64,000 nt of DNA from a bacterium. Its GTDB lineage: Bacteria > Hinthialibacterota > Hinthialibacteria > Hinthialibacterales > Hinthialibacteraceae. The notes under the pieces were generated by a model. It saw nothing but the letters and a program-made list of their open reading frames with translations. It was not told where the DNA came from and did not search any database. This document shows, piece by piece, positions 52,579 through 63,397 of the stretch (position 1 is the first letter of the stretch; the number at the start of each line of letters is the position of its first letter). The stretch lies in assembly GCA_963662285.2 (NCBI GenBank), contig CAXXMV010000008.1, positions 864,001 to 928,000 on the forward strand, given 5' to 3'. The position numbers and the translations under genes are program-made.

Positions 52579-53910
52579 TTAAAAGATATTATTAATCGCA
52601 TCCCATGACCAGGGGTTGCGCATTCTTCTGTGCAGTAATTTATTGGCGTCTGGTGATGAAGGGAAGGTTTCTTTATCCGGGTCCCATTGCAATTTGCCGC
52701 CTACCTGGATGGCGATGTGGCCAATTTGACATAGAGACGTTGTTCGATGCCCTACTTCGGCGTCTTCCAAAGTTTGTCCTCTGGTTTTTACGGCATCTAT
52801 AAAATCCTGTTTATCGCTTTTAAGCGGAAAATGAATTTCATTGTCCTTGATCTCTGATTGCAATATGGCATCAGAACTGGCGGTAAGCTTTTGAGGGGAG
52901 AAGTTAATTTGCAACCAGCCATCTTCGCCCTCAAACCGGACATAGGGGTAATCGGTTTTATAATACAGTTTGACGCCATTGGCATACTCGTACTGTATGT
53001 CAAAGCGATTTAAGATATTCCATAATCCCTTGGTTTCCGGATAGGCGCCTTTGCCCTCAACCGATATTGGCCCGGTTCGTTCGGTTTCGTTGCCCCATTG
53101 AGCGATGTCGTTGAGATGGGCGCCCCAGTTGGTGACCATGCCTTCACAAGTATCGCGCACCCGCATCCAACCGGGGCGGGTGTAATCCTGCCGGGGATGT
53201 ACGCGATTGAGGGTGTATGGGTGCATGGGCGCCGGGCCGACCCACATTTCATAATTCAATTCTTCGGGAATCGGCATACTGGGCTGCGGTTCGCATCCCA
53301 CATCAGAGTCGGGAACGCCGGTTCGAATAGTGTGAATCTTTCCGATGCGGCCATTTCTGACTAACTCGACCGCACGGTGAAATTCTTTGAGCGAACGGAA
53401 CTCGCTATCAGTACGGAATATGCGTTTGGCGTCACGCGCGACATCCGAAAGCATACGCCCTTCCGCGATGCTGAGGGTTAATGGTTTTTCGCAACTGACA
53501 TCCTTACCTGATTTCATTGCGGCGATAGCTATGGGAACATGCCAATGATCCGGAGTGGAATTCATTATGGCGTCGATATCCTTACGCGCCAGCAGTTCTC
53601 TCCAATCCGCATAGGCGTCGCATCCTTTGTAGGAGGCATAGGAGGTCTTTTTTTCATAGGTCTTTTGGACCACGTTTTTGGCGTTATCCAGGCGCCATGA
53701 ATCAACATCGCACACAGCGGTGATCTGGACATCCGGCATTCCCAATAATTGTTTCATGTTGACGTAATAGGCCTGACGACCTACGCCGATCATGCCGACC
53801 GTCACCCGGTCATTGGCGCCAAATGCATGGCTGGCAACAAAAACTGGAGCAGCGGCGATTGCGGCGCTGGTTTTTAAGAAAGTTCTTCTTTGGATTGGGC
53901 TATTTTGCAT
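52579..53910 (-). CDS. Tat-exported Gfo/Idh/MocA oxidoreductase
   Basis: RRTFLK, IGVG, TPDHWH, CEKP, WGAH..D. Confidence 0.93.
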   Translation of the reverse strand: MQNSPIQRRTFLKTSAAIAAAPVFVASHAFGANDRVTVGMIGVGRQAYYVNMKQLLGMPDVQITAVCDVDSWRLDNAKNVVQKTYEKKTSYASYKGCDAYADWRELLARKDIDAIMNSTPDHWHVPIAIAAMKSGKDVSCEKPLTLSIAEGRMLSDVARDAKRIFRTDSEFRSLKEFHRAVELVRNGRIGKIHTIRTGVPDSDVGCEPQPSMPIPEELNYEMWVGPAPMHPYTLNRVHPRQDYTRPGWMRVRDTCEGMVTNWGAHLNDIAQWGNETERTGPISVEGKGAYPETKGLWNILNRFDIQYEYANGVKLYYKTDYPYVRFEGEDGWLQINFSPQKLTASSDAILQSEIKDNEIHFPLKSDKQDFIDAVKTRGQTLEDAEVGHRTTSLCQIGHIAIQVGGKLQWDPDKETFPSSPDANKLLHRRMRNPWSWDAINNIF

Positions 53911-53914
53911 GATT

Positions 53915-54625
53915 TTATTTCTCCCATACTTTTATATTAAATGCGCGCAATATTGCAGGTTTACTTTTATGCATGTCAACAACGCAGATCGAAGTGGAAG
54001 CCGCAGGATATTTTTCCCAATGATCCCACACCGGGATGCCTTTGGCGGCGCCGACCAGTCCAGCGATAATGTCGCCATGCGATACAACAATAATGGCTTT
54101 GCCATAGGCGTGTTCTAGTTTCCTGATGAAATTGTTACAGCGCTTAATGGCTTGGGCTAATGATTCGCCTCCTTTAGGTTGAGGATCACGATCCATTTTC
54201 CACTGTTCTATTCGCCAGGAAAAGGTGGAGGGGGTTCCATCTTCGGTCAGCCCCGGCGTGGGACGGTTGAAGGCTTTTTCTTGAATGGCTTTTAGCCCCT
54301 TCAATTCGGGGAGTCCTGTAAGTTGCAGGGTTTTTTTGGTTCGATCCGTTACAGAGGAAAAACAGGCGACTATGGGTTGATTGGCCAGCGCTTGGCCAAC
54401 CGCTTTGCTCTGTTTTACGCCAGCGGGAGTAATTTTATAGTAAAGGTCGGAATTTTCATCCAATTTCTGGATTTGGTGATAGGTTTCGGCATGGCGTACT
54501 ATAAAGACCCTGATTGCGTCTGGCTCAATATCGGGGAGTTCAGAAATCGATTTGACTTCTGCTCCGGTTATAGATGAGAATCCTATGAGTAAAACAAACA
54601 GCAGTATTTTGCGTATAGTTTTCAT
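53915..54625 (-). CDS. Histidine phosphatase family protein, secreted
   Basis: VRHAET, GGES, VSHG. Confidence 0.88.
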   Translation of the reverse strand: MKTIRKILLFVLLIGFSSITGAEVKSISELPDIEPDAIRVFIVRHAETYHQIQKLDENSDLYYKITPAGVKQSKAVGQALANQPIVACFSSVTDRTKKTLQLTGLPELKGLKAIQEKAFNRPTPGLTEDGTPSTFSWRIEQWKMDRDPQPKGGESLAQAIKRCNNFIRKLEHAYGKAIIVVSHGDIIAGLVGAAKGIPVWDHWEKYPAASTSICVVDMHKSKPAILRAFNIKVWEK

Positions 54626-54681
54626 GGTTATCTCCTGAAAAATTTTAAGTAATTATAAGCTAACATATTTTAATGAACTGC

Positions 54682-55145
54682 TCTAGTATAGAAAAACGCT
54701 TTCTGGCATAACTATTTGTAAGAGATTAGGATACAGGGATTTAGAGGGTTGGGTGGTTTTTATTTTTGGGTGGATTTTTGGTGGGTCGATAAGGCCGATC
54801 CACCCTACGCTAAGGCTAGGGTCAATGTCATGAAGTCAAGGTATTTCGCCCCATCTTTGGTGGCTTGATCAAGGGCTGAGCGCAATGCGCTCTTGCCCTT
54901 GGCACCCAGCGCCCAGTTCTAGTATAGAAAAACGCTTTCTGGCATAACTATTTTTAAGAGATTAGGATACAGGGATTTAGGGGGTTGGGTGGTTTTTATT
55001 TTTTGGTGGATTTTTGGTGGGTCGATAAGGCCGATCCACCCTACGCTAAGGCTAGGGTCAATGTCATGAAGTCAAGGTATTTCGCCCCATCTTTGGTGGC
55101 TTGATCAAGGACTGAGCGCAATGCGCTCTTGCCCTTGACGCCCAG
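54682..55145. repeat. Tandem duplication with 236-bp period ending at an A hairpin
   Basis: tctagtatagaaaaacg at 54682 and 54918. Confidence 0.93.
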
Positions 55146-55298
55146 TATCAAAAGTTATTCATCAATAGAACCAATCCGGTTAGTAAGGGATTGGCGCACC
55201 GGCTAGAAGCCGATGCTCCCCATTTTGATGCGTCGGGAGAACTAGGGTGAGTGGGTAAAAGGATGTTTTCAGGTAAAAACATTAAATGGAGAGAAAAT

Positions 55299-56285
55299 AT
55301 GAAACGAGCGATGAGATTAACTGGCTATTTACTTCTTGGCATGATGTGCTGTCTCACTGCATCAATCTCAGCCCATGCGCAAAACCGCAGAGCTGAATGG
55401 TTTAAGGATGCCAAGTTCGGCGTGTTCATTCATTTTCTGGGTGGAGGTCCGGAGTGGGCTGAACAGGTTAATGCTTTTGATGTAGACCAGTTGGCCAAAC
55501 AGATTGAAGAAACCAAGGCCGGATACCTTATTTTTACGCTGGGGCAGAATTCCGGTTATTATTGCAGCCCCAACGCGGCCTATGAAAAATATGCCGGATA
55601 CAAGATTGGCGAACGATGCCCGGCAAGAGATTTGCCGATGGAGATTGCTGATAAACTACTGAAACGCGGGGTCAGGATGATGCTTTATCTGCCGTCGCGT
55701 TCTCCACAAACTGATAAGCAGGCCATGGCTGGTCTGCATGACGTCCATCAGAGTAAACCGGCTCCGCAGGAATTCACTAAACGTTGGTCGGATGTTATCC
55801 GTGAATGGTCATTACGCTATAAAGAGAAAGCAGCGGGCTGGTGGTTTGACGGGGCTTATAATTCTGAAGGCTGGGATGATCTTTCCAAAGATTACAATTG
55901 GAAGACCTGGGCGGCGGCCTGCCGTGCGGGAAATCCCGACAGCATCCTGGCTTTTAATCGCGGCGCCAACCTTGAAATCGCCTTTATTAAACAGACCGAT
56001 GAACAGGATTACACCGCTGGAGAGCGCACTTTATTTGATGCAATGCCTCAAACCTATCCGGCGCCTGAACCGCTGCAATGGCATTTACTTTCGTTCCTGG
56101 GAAGCAACTGGGGTAAGAAAGACGGCCCTACCAACAGCGATCAATACATGATTGATTACATAAAGAAAGTCAACTCTATGGGCGGCGTGGTGAGCATTGA
56201 TGTGGGCATAAATGCTGATGGCGGCATCTACCAGCCGCATCTTGATCAACTAAAGGCGATTGGAAAAGCGGTTCATTCGGAGTAA
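55299..56285 (+). CDS. Alpha-L-fucosidase-like glycoside hydrolase (GH29-like)
   Basis: WFKDAKFGVFIH, GWWFDG, DYTAGE; signal peptide. Confidence 0.8.
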   Translation: MKRAMRLTGYLLLGMMCCLTASISAHAQNRRAEWFKDAKFGVFIHFLGGGPEWAEQVNAFDVDQLAKQIEETKAGYLIFTLGQNSGYYCSPNAAYEKYAGYKIGERCPARDLPMEIADKLLKRGVRMMLYLPSRSPQTDKQAMAGLHDVHQSKPAPQEFTKRWSDVIREWSLRYKEKAAGWWFDGAYNSEGWDDLSKDYNWKTWAAACRAGNPDSILAFNRGANLEIAFIKQTDEQDYTAGERTLFDAMPQTYPAPEPLQWHLLSFLGSNWGKKDGPTNSDQYMIDYIKKVNSMGGVVSIDVGINADGGIYQPHLDQLKAIGKAVHSE

Positions 56286-56347
56286 CACGAATATTGTATA
56301 ATTATTACCGACATGCGTCCATGAAAATAACCGACTGCAAGTTGAAT

Positions 56348-56377
56348 TTGATTATTGACATTGTAGTATGTTATAAT
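56348..56377 (+). promoter_or_regulatory. Putative sigma70 promoter with extended -10
   Basis: TTGATT-18-TATAAT with TGn before the -10 box. Confidence 0.45.
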
Positions 56378-56429
56378 GATGATTGAGGTTGAGAATCGGT
56401 TTTATATCCCAAAAACAAGGTTCATAACA

Positions 56430-57452
56430 ATGCCGGATAAAAAAGTTGATCGCCGAAAGTTTATGCAAAGGTCGATACTCACTGCATCTACTACATTAGC
56501 TATGGGGCTTGAAGATAAGGTGCTGCTAGCGCAACAGATGAATCCTGGTAAATTAAAAACAGAATCCAATAACGATAAAATGCCATGCGGGAAAATTGGC
56601 GATGTGAATATCAGCCGGATTATCTGCGGCGGCAACCTGATATCTGGTTATGCTCATTCGAGAGACTTGATCTATGTGTCGACTCTTTTGAAAAACTATT
56701 TTGATGAGAAGAAGATATTCGAGACTCTGGAGAAGTGTGAAGAGGAAGGCATTAACACCGTAATCACCCATGTAACCAAAAACGAGATGGACGGTAAAAC
56801 CACCAACCTGATCAGTAAATACCGTAACGAAATGGGTGGAGAGATTCAGTGGATCGCTCAATGCGCCCCGGATGAAGACAACATAGAAGAGGTAATAAAG
56901 ATCGCCATCGATAATGGGGCAGTGGGCGCGTTTTTGATGGGCGGCAAGGGTGATGTCTGGACCAAGAACCAGCGGCTTGACCTGATCGCTGAGACCGTCG
57001 AAACCATCAAGCAGAATAAACTTATCGCCGGAGTTGCGGGGCATTCGCTGCATGTGCCGATTGAGTGCGAGAAGGCTAATATTAATCCTGATTTCTACGT
57101 CAAAACTTTCCACCATGATAAATATTGGTCGGCCACGCCAAAAAAGAACCGGCAGGAATTCAATGTCGACATCAAGCGGTATAAGGATCATGGTAAAGAT
57201 AACGACAACATCTGGTGCATCAATCCTGAAGAGACCGCTGATTTCATGAAGAAGGTGAAAAAGCCCTGGATCGCATATAAAGCGCTGGCCGCCGGAGCGA
57301 TTCACCCCAACGTCGGCTTCAAATATTCGTTTGAAAACGGGGCTGACTTTATTCTGACGGGCATGTTTGATTTTCAGGTCACAGAGAACGCCATCATAGC
57401 CAAAAAAGTTTTAGCAGGGAAAATGAACCGCGAACGTCCCTGGTTTGCGTAA
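56430..57452 (+). CDS. Tat-exported aldo/keto-reductase-like TIM-barrel protein, paralog 1
   Basis: DRRKFM; SRIICGGNL..AHSRDL; WIAYKALAAGAIHP; RERPWFA. Confidence 0.75.
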   Translation: MPDKKVDRRKFMQRSILTASTTLAMGLEDKVLLAQQMNPGKLKTESNNDKMPCGKIGDVNISRIICGGNLISGYAHSRDLIYVSTLLKNYFDEKKIFETLEKCEEEGINTVITHVTKNEMDGKTTNLISKYRNEMGGEIQWIAQCAPDEDNIEEVIKIAIDNGAVGAFLMGGKGDVWTKNQRLDLIAETVETIKQNKLIAGVAGHSLHVPIECEKANINPDFYVKTFHHDKYWSATPKKNRQEFNVDIKRYKDHGKDNDNIWCINPEETADFMKKVKKPWIAYKALAAGAIHPNVGFKYSFENGADFILTGMFDFQVTENAIIAKKVLAGKMNRERPWFA

Positions 57453-57479
57453 ACAAAATAAATTTTAAAGAGGTTTATC

Positions 57480-58499
57480 ATGACCGAAAAGAAAACCGTT
57501 GATCGCAGGAATTTTCTGAAGGCATCTATCGCATCAACCGGCATGGCCGCCGGATTCAGTTTCGAAGAGCATGATTTGATTGCTTCAATGGAAGCTGATA
57601 AACCAAAACCCGTTGTGAAAAAAAGCGCCAATGAGCTGCCCTATGGCAAGATAAAAAATATTAAAGTCAGCCGGTTGTTCTGCGGCGGCAACCTGATCGG
57701 TGGTTGGGCGCACAGCCGCGACCTGGTCTACGTTTCCAACCTGGTTAAATCATATCACTCCGACGCCAAGATTTTTGAAACATTGGCTCTGGCTGAAGAG
57801 AACGGCATCAATACGATATTAACCAACCCCGTATCCGACAAGGTTATCAATTCGTATTGGAACGATGAAGGCGGAGAGATTCAGTGGATATCGGATTGCG
57901 CAACCGGCAAGGATATTATGACCGGCATCAAACGCTCGATTGATAGCGGCGCCCATGCGGTCTATGTCCAGGGCGGGCTATGCGACAAGGCGATTCTGGA
58001 TGGTCAGATCGATCTAATCGGAGAAGCGCTGGAATATATCAAAGATCAAGACCTGCCCGGCGGCGGCGGACTGGGCGCCCACAGCCTGGAGACCGTGAAA
58101 GCCTGCGTTAAAGCGGGATTCGAGCCTGACTTCTGGGTAAAAACAATTCATCCTGATCTCTATTGGTCGGCGACGCCCAAAGAGAACCGCACAGAAGATT
58201 GCTGGTTCACTGGTAATAAAGTAGACCACGACCAATTCCATGACAATATCTGGTGCTTGAATCCCCAGGAGACCATCAACTACATGAAAGACCTGAAGGC
58301 GCCCTGGATCGCTTTCAAGGTAATGGCCGCTGGCGCCTTGCATCCTAAAGCCGGTTTTTCCTTCGCTTTTGAAAGCGGAGCTGACTTTGTATGCGCGGGG
58401 ATGTTTGATTTCCAGATATTGGAAGACGTGATTATCGCCAAGAATATCCTTAGTGATAAGAACCTGGATAAAAAGCGTCCGCGTCCCTGGTGCGCATAG
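57480..58499 (+). CDS. Tat-exported aldo/keto-reductase-like protein, paralog 2
   Basis: DRRNFLK; same motifs as paralog 1. Confidence 0.75.
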   Translation: MTEKKTVDRRNFLKASIASTGMAAGFSFEEHDLIASMEADKPKPVVKKSANELPYGKIKNIKVSRLFCGGNLIGGWAHSRDLVYVSNLVKSYHSDAKIFETLALAEENGINTILTNPVSDKVINSYWNDEGGEIQWISDCATGKDIMTGIKRSIDSGAHAVYVQGGLCDKAILDGQIDLIGEALEYIKDQDLPGGGGLGAHSLETVKACVKAGFEPDFWVKTIHPDLYWSATPKENRTEDCWFTGNKVDHDQFHDNIWCLNPQETINYMKDLKAPWIAFKVMAAGALHPKAGFSFAFESGADFVCAGMFDFQILEDVIIAKNILSDKNLDKKRPRPWCA

Positions 58500-58697
58500 A
58501 ATAGTTCTGATCATTGGTTGTCAAATAATCAGAATAATGGCATTTAGTTTATACATTTAACGTCATGTAAAAATATCAGGTTTAGATAACAACCCCCTCT
58601 TGAATTCTCCCCCAACTTGGGGGAGAGGGATTTTGGAGATGTAAATAGTTATATCGTTTTGACTTAGTTATATAAAGCAAAATGGGGAGTATGATCG

Positions 58698-59672
58698 ATG
58701 ACAGACAAAAGCGTTGACCGCAGAAATTTTCTGAAAAAAACCGCCATAGCGTCTGCCGGAGCTGCAATGGCTTTTAACTTTGAAGAGAAGAACCTGATCG
58801 CTCATGCAGCTGAGTCAAATGAGAATGTTTCAAAACCTGCTGCGGCGAGTGATTTCCCTATGGGGAAGATCGGCGATTTATCTATCAGCCGTTTGATATG
58901 CGGCGGGAACCTGATCAGCACTTTCGCTCACAGCCGGGATTTGATCTATGTATCTGGCCTGCTTAAAGAATATTTCACTGATGAAAAGGTCTGCGAGACT
59001 CTGGAGAAATGCGAAGAGCATGGCATCAACACGGCTATCCTACGCGTTGACTCGCATACTATGGGGATTCTTGATAAATATTGGAACAACTGGGGCGGCA
59101 AAATCCAATGGATCGCCCAAGCCACACTGCCATCCAAAGATTTCACCAGTGATATCGATAAAGCCATAGACGCCGGAGCGCAGGGCGTATTTATTCATGG
59201 CGGAGTCGGGGACGAGTTTGTCGATGCGGGCAAGGTGGATAAGATCGGCGAAGCGGTTGCTTACATCAAAAAGCAAGGCGTGATTGGCGGCGCCGCAGGA
59301 CATAAGTTTGAAACCGTCCAGGCCTATGAAAAGGCCGGGTTGGATATTGATTTCTATATGAAAACCATCAACGCCAAGAACTATTGGTCAGCTGGTCCCA
59401 TGCCCAGAAATGACAGCGTCTGGTCTGAAACGCCAGAGCAAACCATTGAATTAATGAATAGTTCCAAAAAGCCCTGGATTGGCTACAAGGTTCTGGGGGC
59501 GGGCGCCATTCATCCCAAAGAAGGTTTCCAGTACGCCTATCAAAACGGGACTGATTTTATCTGCGCAGGCATGTTCGATTTCCAGATCACCGAAGACGCC
59601 ATCATCGCCAAGAAAATTGTATCGAATATAGAATCTGGAAAAATAAAACGTGAACGCCCCTGGCTGGCATAA
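58698..59672 (+). CDS. Tat-exported aldo/keto-reductase-like protein, paralog 3
   Basis: DRRNFLK; same motifs as paralog 1. Confidence 0.75.
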   Translation: MTDKSVDRRNFLKKTAIASAGAAMAFNFEEKNLIAHAAESNENVSKPAAASDFPMGKIGDLSISRLICGGNLISTFAHSRDLIYVSGLLKEYFTDEKVCETLEKCEEHGINTAILRVDSHTMGILDKYWNNWGGKIQWIAQATLPSKDFTSDIDKAIDAGAQGVFIHGGVGDEFVDAGKVDKIGEAVAYIKKQGVIGGAAGHKFETVQAYEKAGLDIDFYMKTINAKNYWSAGPMPRNDSVWSETPEQTIELMNSSKKPWIGYKVLGAGAIHPKEGFQYAYQNGTDFICAGMFDFQITEDAIIAKKIVSNIESGKIKRERPWLA

Positions 59673-59771
59673 GTTACGAGTTTGAGCATACTACCTTAAG
59701 TAATTTGAAATACCCCCTCACCCTAGCCCTCTCCCACCGGGAGAGGGAACAATAAGGAGCAGCGCATCATC

Positions 59772-61124
59772 GTGAATAATAAAAACAACCAGCATTTATT
59801 GAACCGCCGCCGTTTTATCGGATCGACCGCAGCAATAGGCGGAGGTCTGGTCATGGCGGGCAGCGCACTGGCGCAAGACGCCGCGAACGACAAAATCAAT
59901 CTGGCCATAATCGGCGTAGGTTCTCAGGGTCAGGCCTTGATGAATACCTGCATGAAGATGGAAAGCGTGAATATTCAGGCTATATGCGATATCTGGGAAA
60001 ATTATAACCTTAACAAGACATCAGGCATCCTGACTAAATTCAAACAGGATCATAAAGCTTATACCGACTATCAGGAGATGCTAGCTACGGAAAAAGGTCT
60101 CGACGCCGTCATCATTGCTACTCCTGATTTTTGCCATGTGGAACAGACTGTGGCCTGCCTTAAAGCGGGGCTTAACGTTTACTGCGAAAGCGCCATGGCA
60201 AACACCATCGACGGCGCAAAACTCATGGCTAAAACCGCTAAAGAGACCGGAAAATTTTTGCAGATCGGCCTGCAACGCCGCAGCAACCCCTGGTATCAAT
60301 ACAGCCGCGATCACATAATCAATGAGACCAAACTACTAGGCAAGATCACCGCGCTCAACGGGCAATGGAATCAATCCGCGCAACCAGATCGACGTTGGCC
60401 TAAACGCTACCCCATTGATGACGCAGTGTTGAATAAATATGGTTTTCAGTCGATGCAGCAATTCCGCAACTGGAAATGGTATAAAGAATTAGGCGGCGGC
60501 CCCCTCGCTGAACTGGGTACTCATCAGATTGATGTATTCAACTGGTTTATGGGGGCGCCTCCCAAATCCATCATGGCCAGCGGTGGAACTGAGTACTATG
60601 ATTCAAAAACCCATGAGCAATGCGATACGCTGATGGTCATATTAGAGTATGAGAATAAAGGCGGAAATATCCGCGCCTTCTATCAGTCGATAAACTCGTG
60701 CAGCAACTTTGGATATCTTGAGAATTTCATGGGTGATGAGGGAACGCTTTATGTATCCGAAGCAGCCAGCCGGGTTGGAGTATACCGCGAAGAAGGCGCT
60801 CCCGATTGGGAGAAATGGGTTAAGATCGGCATTTTGAAATCTCCCGTAAAACAGGTTGAGACCAAAAAAGAGGGCGATGATACAGTTCTGGAAGTGCAGG
60901 AGACGGGCGCCCCGCCGAGTTATGATTTGCCAGTTACTTTTAACGATCCGGTATGCCAACCTCATCTGGAGAATTTCTTTAAGGCTATCAGAGGCGCAGA
61001 GAAATTGAACTGCCCGCCGGAAACCGCATTAGCTTCCAGTATAGTTATCCAGAAGATTGGCGAGTCGATTAGGGAATCTAAAAGAATCGAAATGAAACCA
61101 GAAGATTATCTGATTGCGTTATAA
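59772..61124 (+). CDS. Tat-exported Gfo/Idh/MocA oxidoreductase
   Basis: RRRFIG, IIGVG, ATPDFCH, CESA (atypical for EKP), GTHQID. Confidence 0.88.
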   Translation: MNNKNNQHLLNRRRFIGSTAAIGGGLVMAGSALAQDAANDKINLAIIGVGSQGQALMNTCMKMESVNIQAICDIWENYNLNKTSGILTKFKQDHKAYTDYQEMLATEKGLDAVIIATPDFCHVEQTVACLKAGLNVYCESAMANTIDGAKLMAKTAKETGKFLQIGLQRRSNPWYQYSRDHIINETKLLGKITALNGQWNQSAQPDRRWPKRYPIDDAVLNKYGFQSMQQFRNWKWYKELGGGPLAELGTHQIDVFNWFMGAPPKSIMASGGTEYYDSKTHEQCDTLMVILEYENKGGNIRAFYQSINSCSNFGYLENFMGDEGTLYVSEAASRVGVYREEGAPDWEKWVKIGILKSPVKQVETKKEGDDTVLEVQETGAPPSYDLPVTFNDPVCQPHLENFFKAIRGAEKLNCPPETALASSIVIQKIGESIRESKRIEMKPEDYLIAL

Positions 61125-61244
61125 TGCTAAGTCACTATCTTTTTGTTTCATTAAGTTAAGGTATTTCATCCTATCTTTGGTGGTTTGATCAAGGGCTGAC
61201 CGCATTGCGGTCTTGCCCTTGCCACCCATCGGCAGACTTAAAGC

Positions 61245-63158
61245 ATGATAAAAAGAATCCTGATATTTACTGTTTTGACATTGGGTTTAATTGGAACAAC
61301 CAATACCTCCGGCGATAGCGCGGCGCCTTTGCTTGGCGACCAGAGCGATGGGAGCCGGGCTATTCCAGTTCATTTGATTCCCCTGCTGGATGACGAGGGA
61401 CAAGAGATTGCGCTGGACGATGACCCTTTGCTTCCCTTCTCCACCCGTCAGACCTGCGCGTTTAAGTGTCACAGTTATGAAACCATAACCAGCGGCTGGC
61501 ATTTCAACGCGCTTAGCGCCACTCCTGCATTATCGGGAAGACCGGGTCAACCCTGGATATTCAGCGATGCTGATACCGGGACGCAGATTCCCCTTTCGCA
61601 ACGCGGGTGGCCGGGAACATACAAACCAGAGCAGATAGGGATGACGGCCTGGCGGTTCAACCAGCAGTTCGGGGGACATTCACCCGGCGGCGGCATCGGC
61701 GAAGTGGATGAGTCGGATGATACCGATGAGACCATGCGCATGATGGTTTCAGGTAAGTTGGAAGCCAACTGCCTCAGTTGTCATGACGCTGATCCGGCTC
61801 ATGATCAAGCCGAATACCAGATGCAGGTCGTGCGGCAGAATTTCCGTTGGGCGGCGGCGGCCACCAGCGGTTTTACATCGATGCGCGGTTCGGCCAGCAA
61901 AATGCCGGACACCTATGATTTTTTGATGCCGGATGAACTTGATGATCCCAAGTTGATCCCCCCGACCGTGGCCTACCGCAATGAAGCCTTCGATCATAAG
62001 GGTAGCGTGTTTTTTAACATCAAGCGTAAGGTGGATGCTGAGCGATGCTATTACTGTCACACTACTGCTAATATCCAGGGCGCTCATTCTGAGAAATGGA
62101 CTCAGGATGAAGACGTACATCTGGCTGCGGGATTAACCTGCGTTGACTGTCACCGCAACGGGCTGAATCATAACATGGTTCGTGGATATGAAGGTGAAGA
62201 AGAGGTATCAAATAATCCCATGTCCGCCGCATTATCATGCAGCGGCTGCCATCTTGGAACTGATGCATCGGCTACGCCATCCGGTGGGAGATTAGCGGCG
62301 CCCAAGCCAAGACATACCGGGATTCCGGCGGTTCATTTCAAAAAACTGACATGCACCGCCTGCCACAGTGGAACATGGCCGGGCGAGGCCACGCATAGGG
62401 TGAAGACATCCCTGGCGCATAGGCTGGGAGAACATCAAGTTAATAAATCAGAGCACGCCCTGCCCCACATCGCGTCACCGGTAATGGCCAGAACTGATGA
62501 AGGCAAAATTGCTCCTCATCATATAATCTGGCCGTCATACTGGGGAACTTTGCAGGATAACTCAATTTCGCCCATAGCTATTGATGCCGTCAAGCAAGCC
62601 ATACCCAAAGCAGTTGCCGATGCAAAGCCTTTAAATTCCGGCGATTGGAAAAGTTTCAGTGATGAGGTTGTGATTGAAACGCTGGCGGCTCTAGCGAGTA
62701 TTAATTCAGCCTCCGGCAGACCAGTTTATATCAGCGGTGGAAATCTATACCAGTTAGACGATAACAATAAACTTATCTCATCAAAACATGATGCGGCTCA
62801 GCCTTATATGTGGCAGATCGGGCATAACGTCCGACCGGCGCAGCAATCTTTGGGAGTGCGCGGATGTCAGGATTGCCATAGCCGGGACGCTAATTTCTTC
62901 TTTGGTAATGTCGAAATCGATTCACCGCTGGCTTCCAGTGCGGATGCGGTTATACCAGTGATTGCGCTGCAAGAGTTGAGCCCGATGTATACCAAGATTT
63001 TCGCGTTCACTTTCATATTCCGCCCCTGGTTCAAAGTTGTTGTTCTGACATCAGCGGTAATTGTGGCGGCGGTATTGTTGCTATTCGCTTTTATGGGGCT
63101 TAACCGTTTGATGATTTATCTGGCTGATGAGCAAGAGTGGAAGCCACCCTTGGAATGA
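61245..63158 (+). CDS. Membrane-anchored multiheme c-type cytochrome
   Basis: Six CxxCH (CLSCH, CYYCH, CVDCH, CSGCH, CTACH, CQDCH) plus CAFKCH; signal peptide; C-terminal TM. Confidence 0.9.
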   Translation: MIKRILIFTVLTLGLIGTTNTSGDSAAPLLGDQSDGSRAIPVHLIPLLDDEGQEIALDDDPLLPFSTRQTCAFKCHSYETITSGWHFNALSATPALSGRPGQPWIFSDADTGTQIPLSQRGWPGTYKPEQIGMTAWRFNQQFGGHSPGGGIGEVDESDDTDETMRMMVSGKLEANCLSCHDADPAHDQAEYQMQVVRQNFRWAAAATSGFTSMRGSASKMPDTYDFLMPDELDDPKLIPPTVAYRNEAFDHKGSVFFNIKRKVDAERCYYCHTTANIQGAHSEKWTQDEDVHLAAGLTCVDCHRNGLNHNMVRGYEGEEEVSNNPMSAALSCSGCHLGTDASATPSGGRLAAPKPRHTGIPAVHFKKLTCTACHSGTWPGEATHRVKTSLAHRLGEHQVNKSEHALPHIASPVMARTDEGKIAPHHIIWPSYWGTLQDNSISPIAIDAVKQAIPKAVADAKPLNSGDWKSFSDEVVIETLAALASINSASGRPVYISGGNLYQLDDNNKLISSKHDAAQPYMWQIGHNVRPAQQSLGVRGCQDCHSRDANFFFGNVEIDSPLASSADAVIPVIALQELSPMYTKIFAFTFIFRPWFKVVVLTSAVIVAAVLLLFAFMGLNRLMIYLADEQEWKPPLE

Positions 63159-63173
63159 AAGAGATAAACTAAA

Positions 63174-63360
63174 TCAAGGGCGAAAAACACTGCCCTTGGC
63201 GCCCATATTTAACAAAGGTGAATTAAAATTCCCCTCACCCTGGCCCTCTCCCGGCGGGCGAGGGGACAATACGGCTTAACTTAATGACATTGGAGTTAGA
63301 GGGGGACTGCGCTTTTACGAATCAACCCCCTCCTAACCTCCCCCAGGCTTGGGGGAGGAA
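63174..63360. repeat. Composite A + D + IS4-type right end + hairpin
   Basis: cttaacttaatgacattg at 63275-63292; 63246-63360 colinear with 31668-31780. Confidence 0.8.
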
Positions 63361-63397
63361 TCTGACGCTTCAATCTGGAATATTTTAAGGTAAAACC

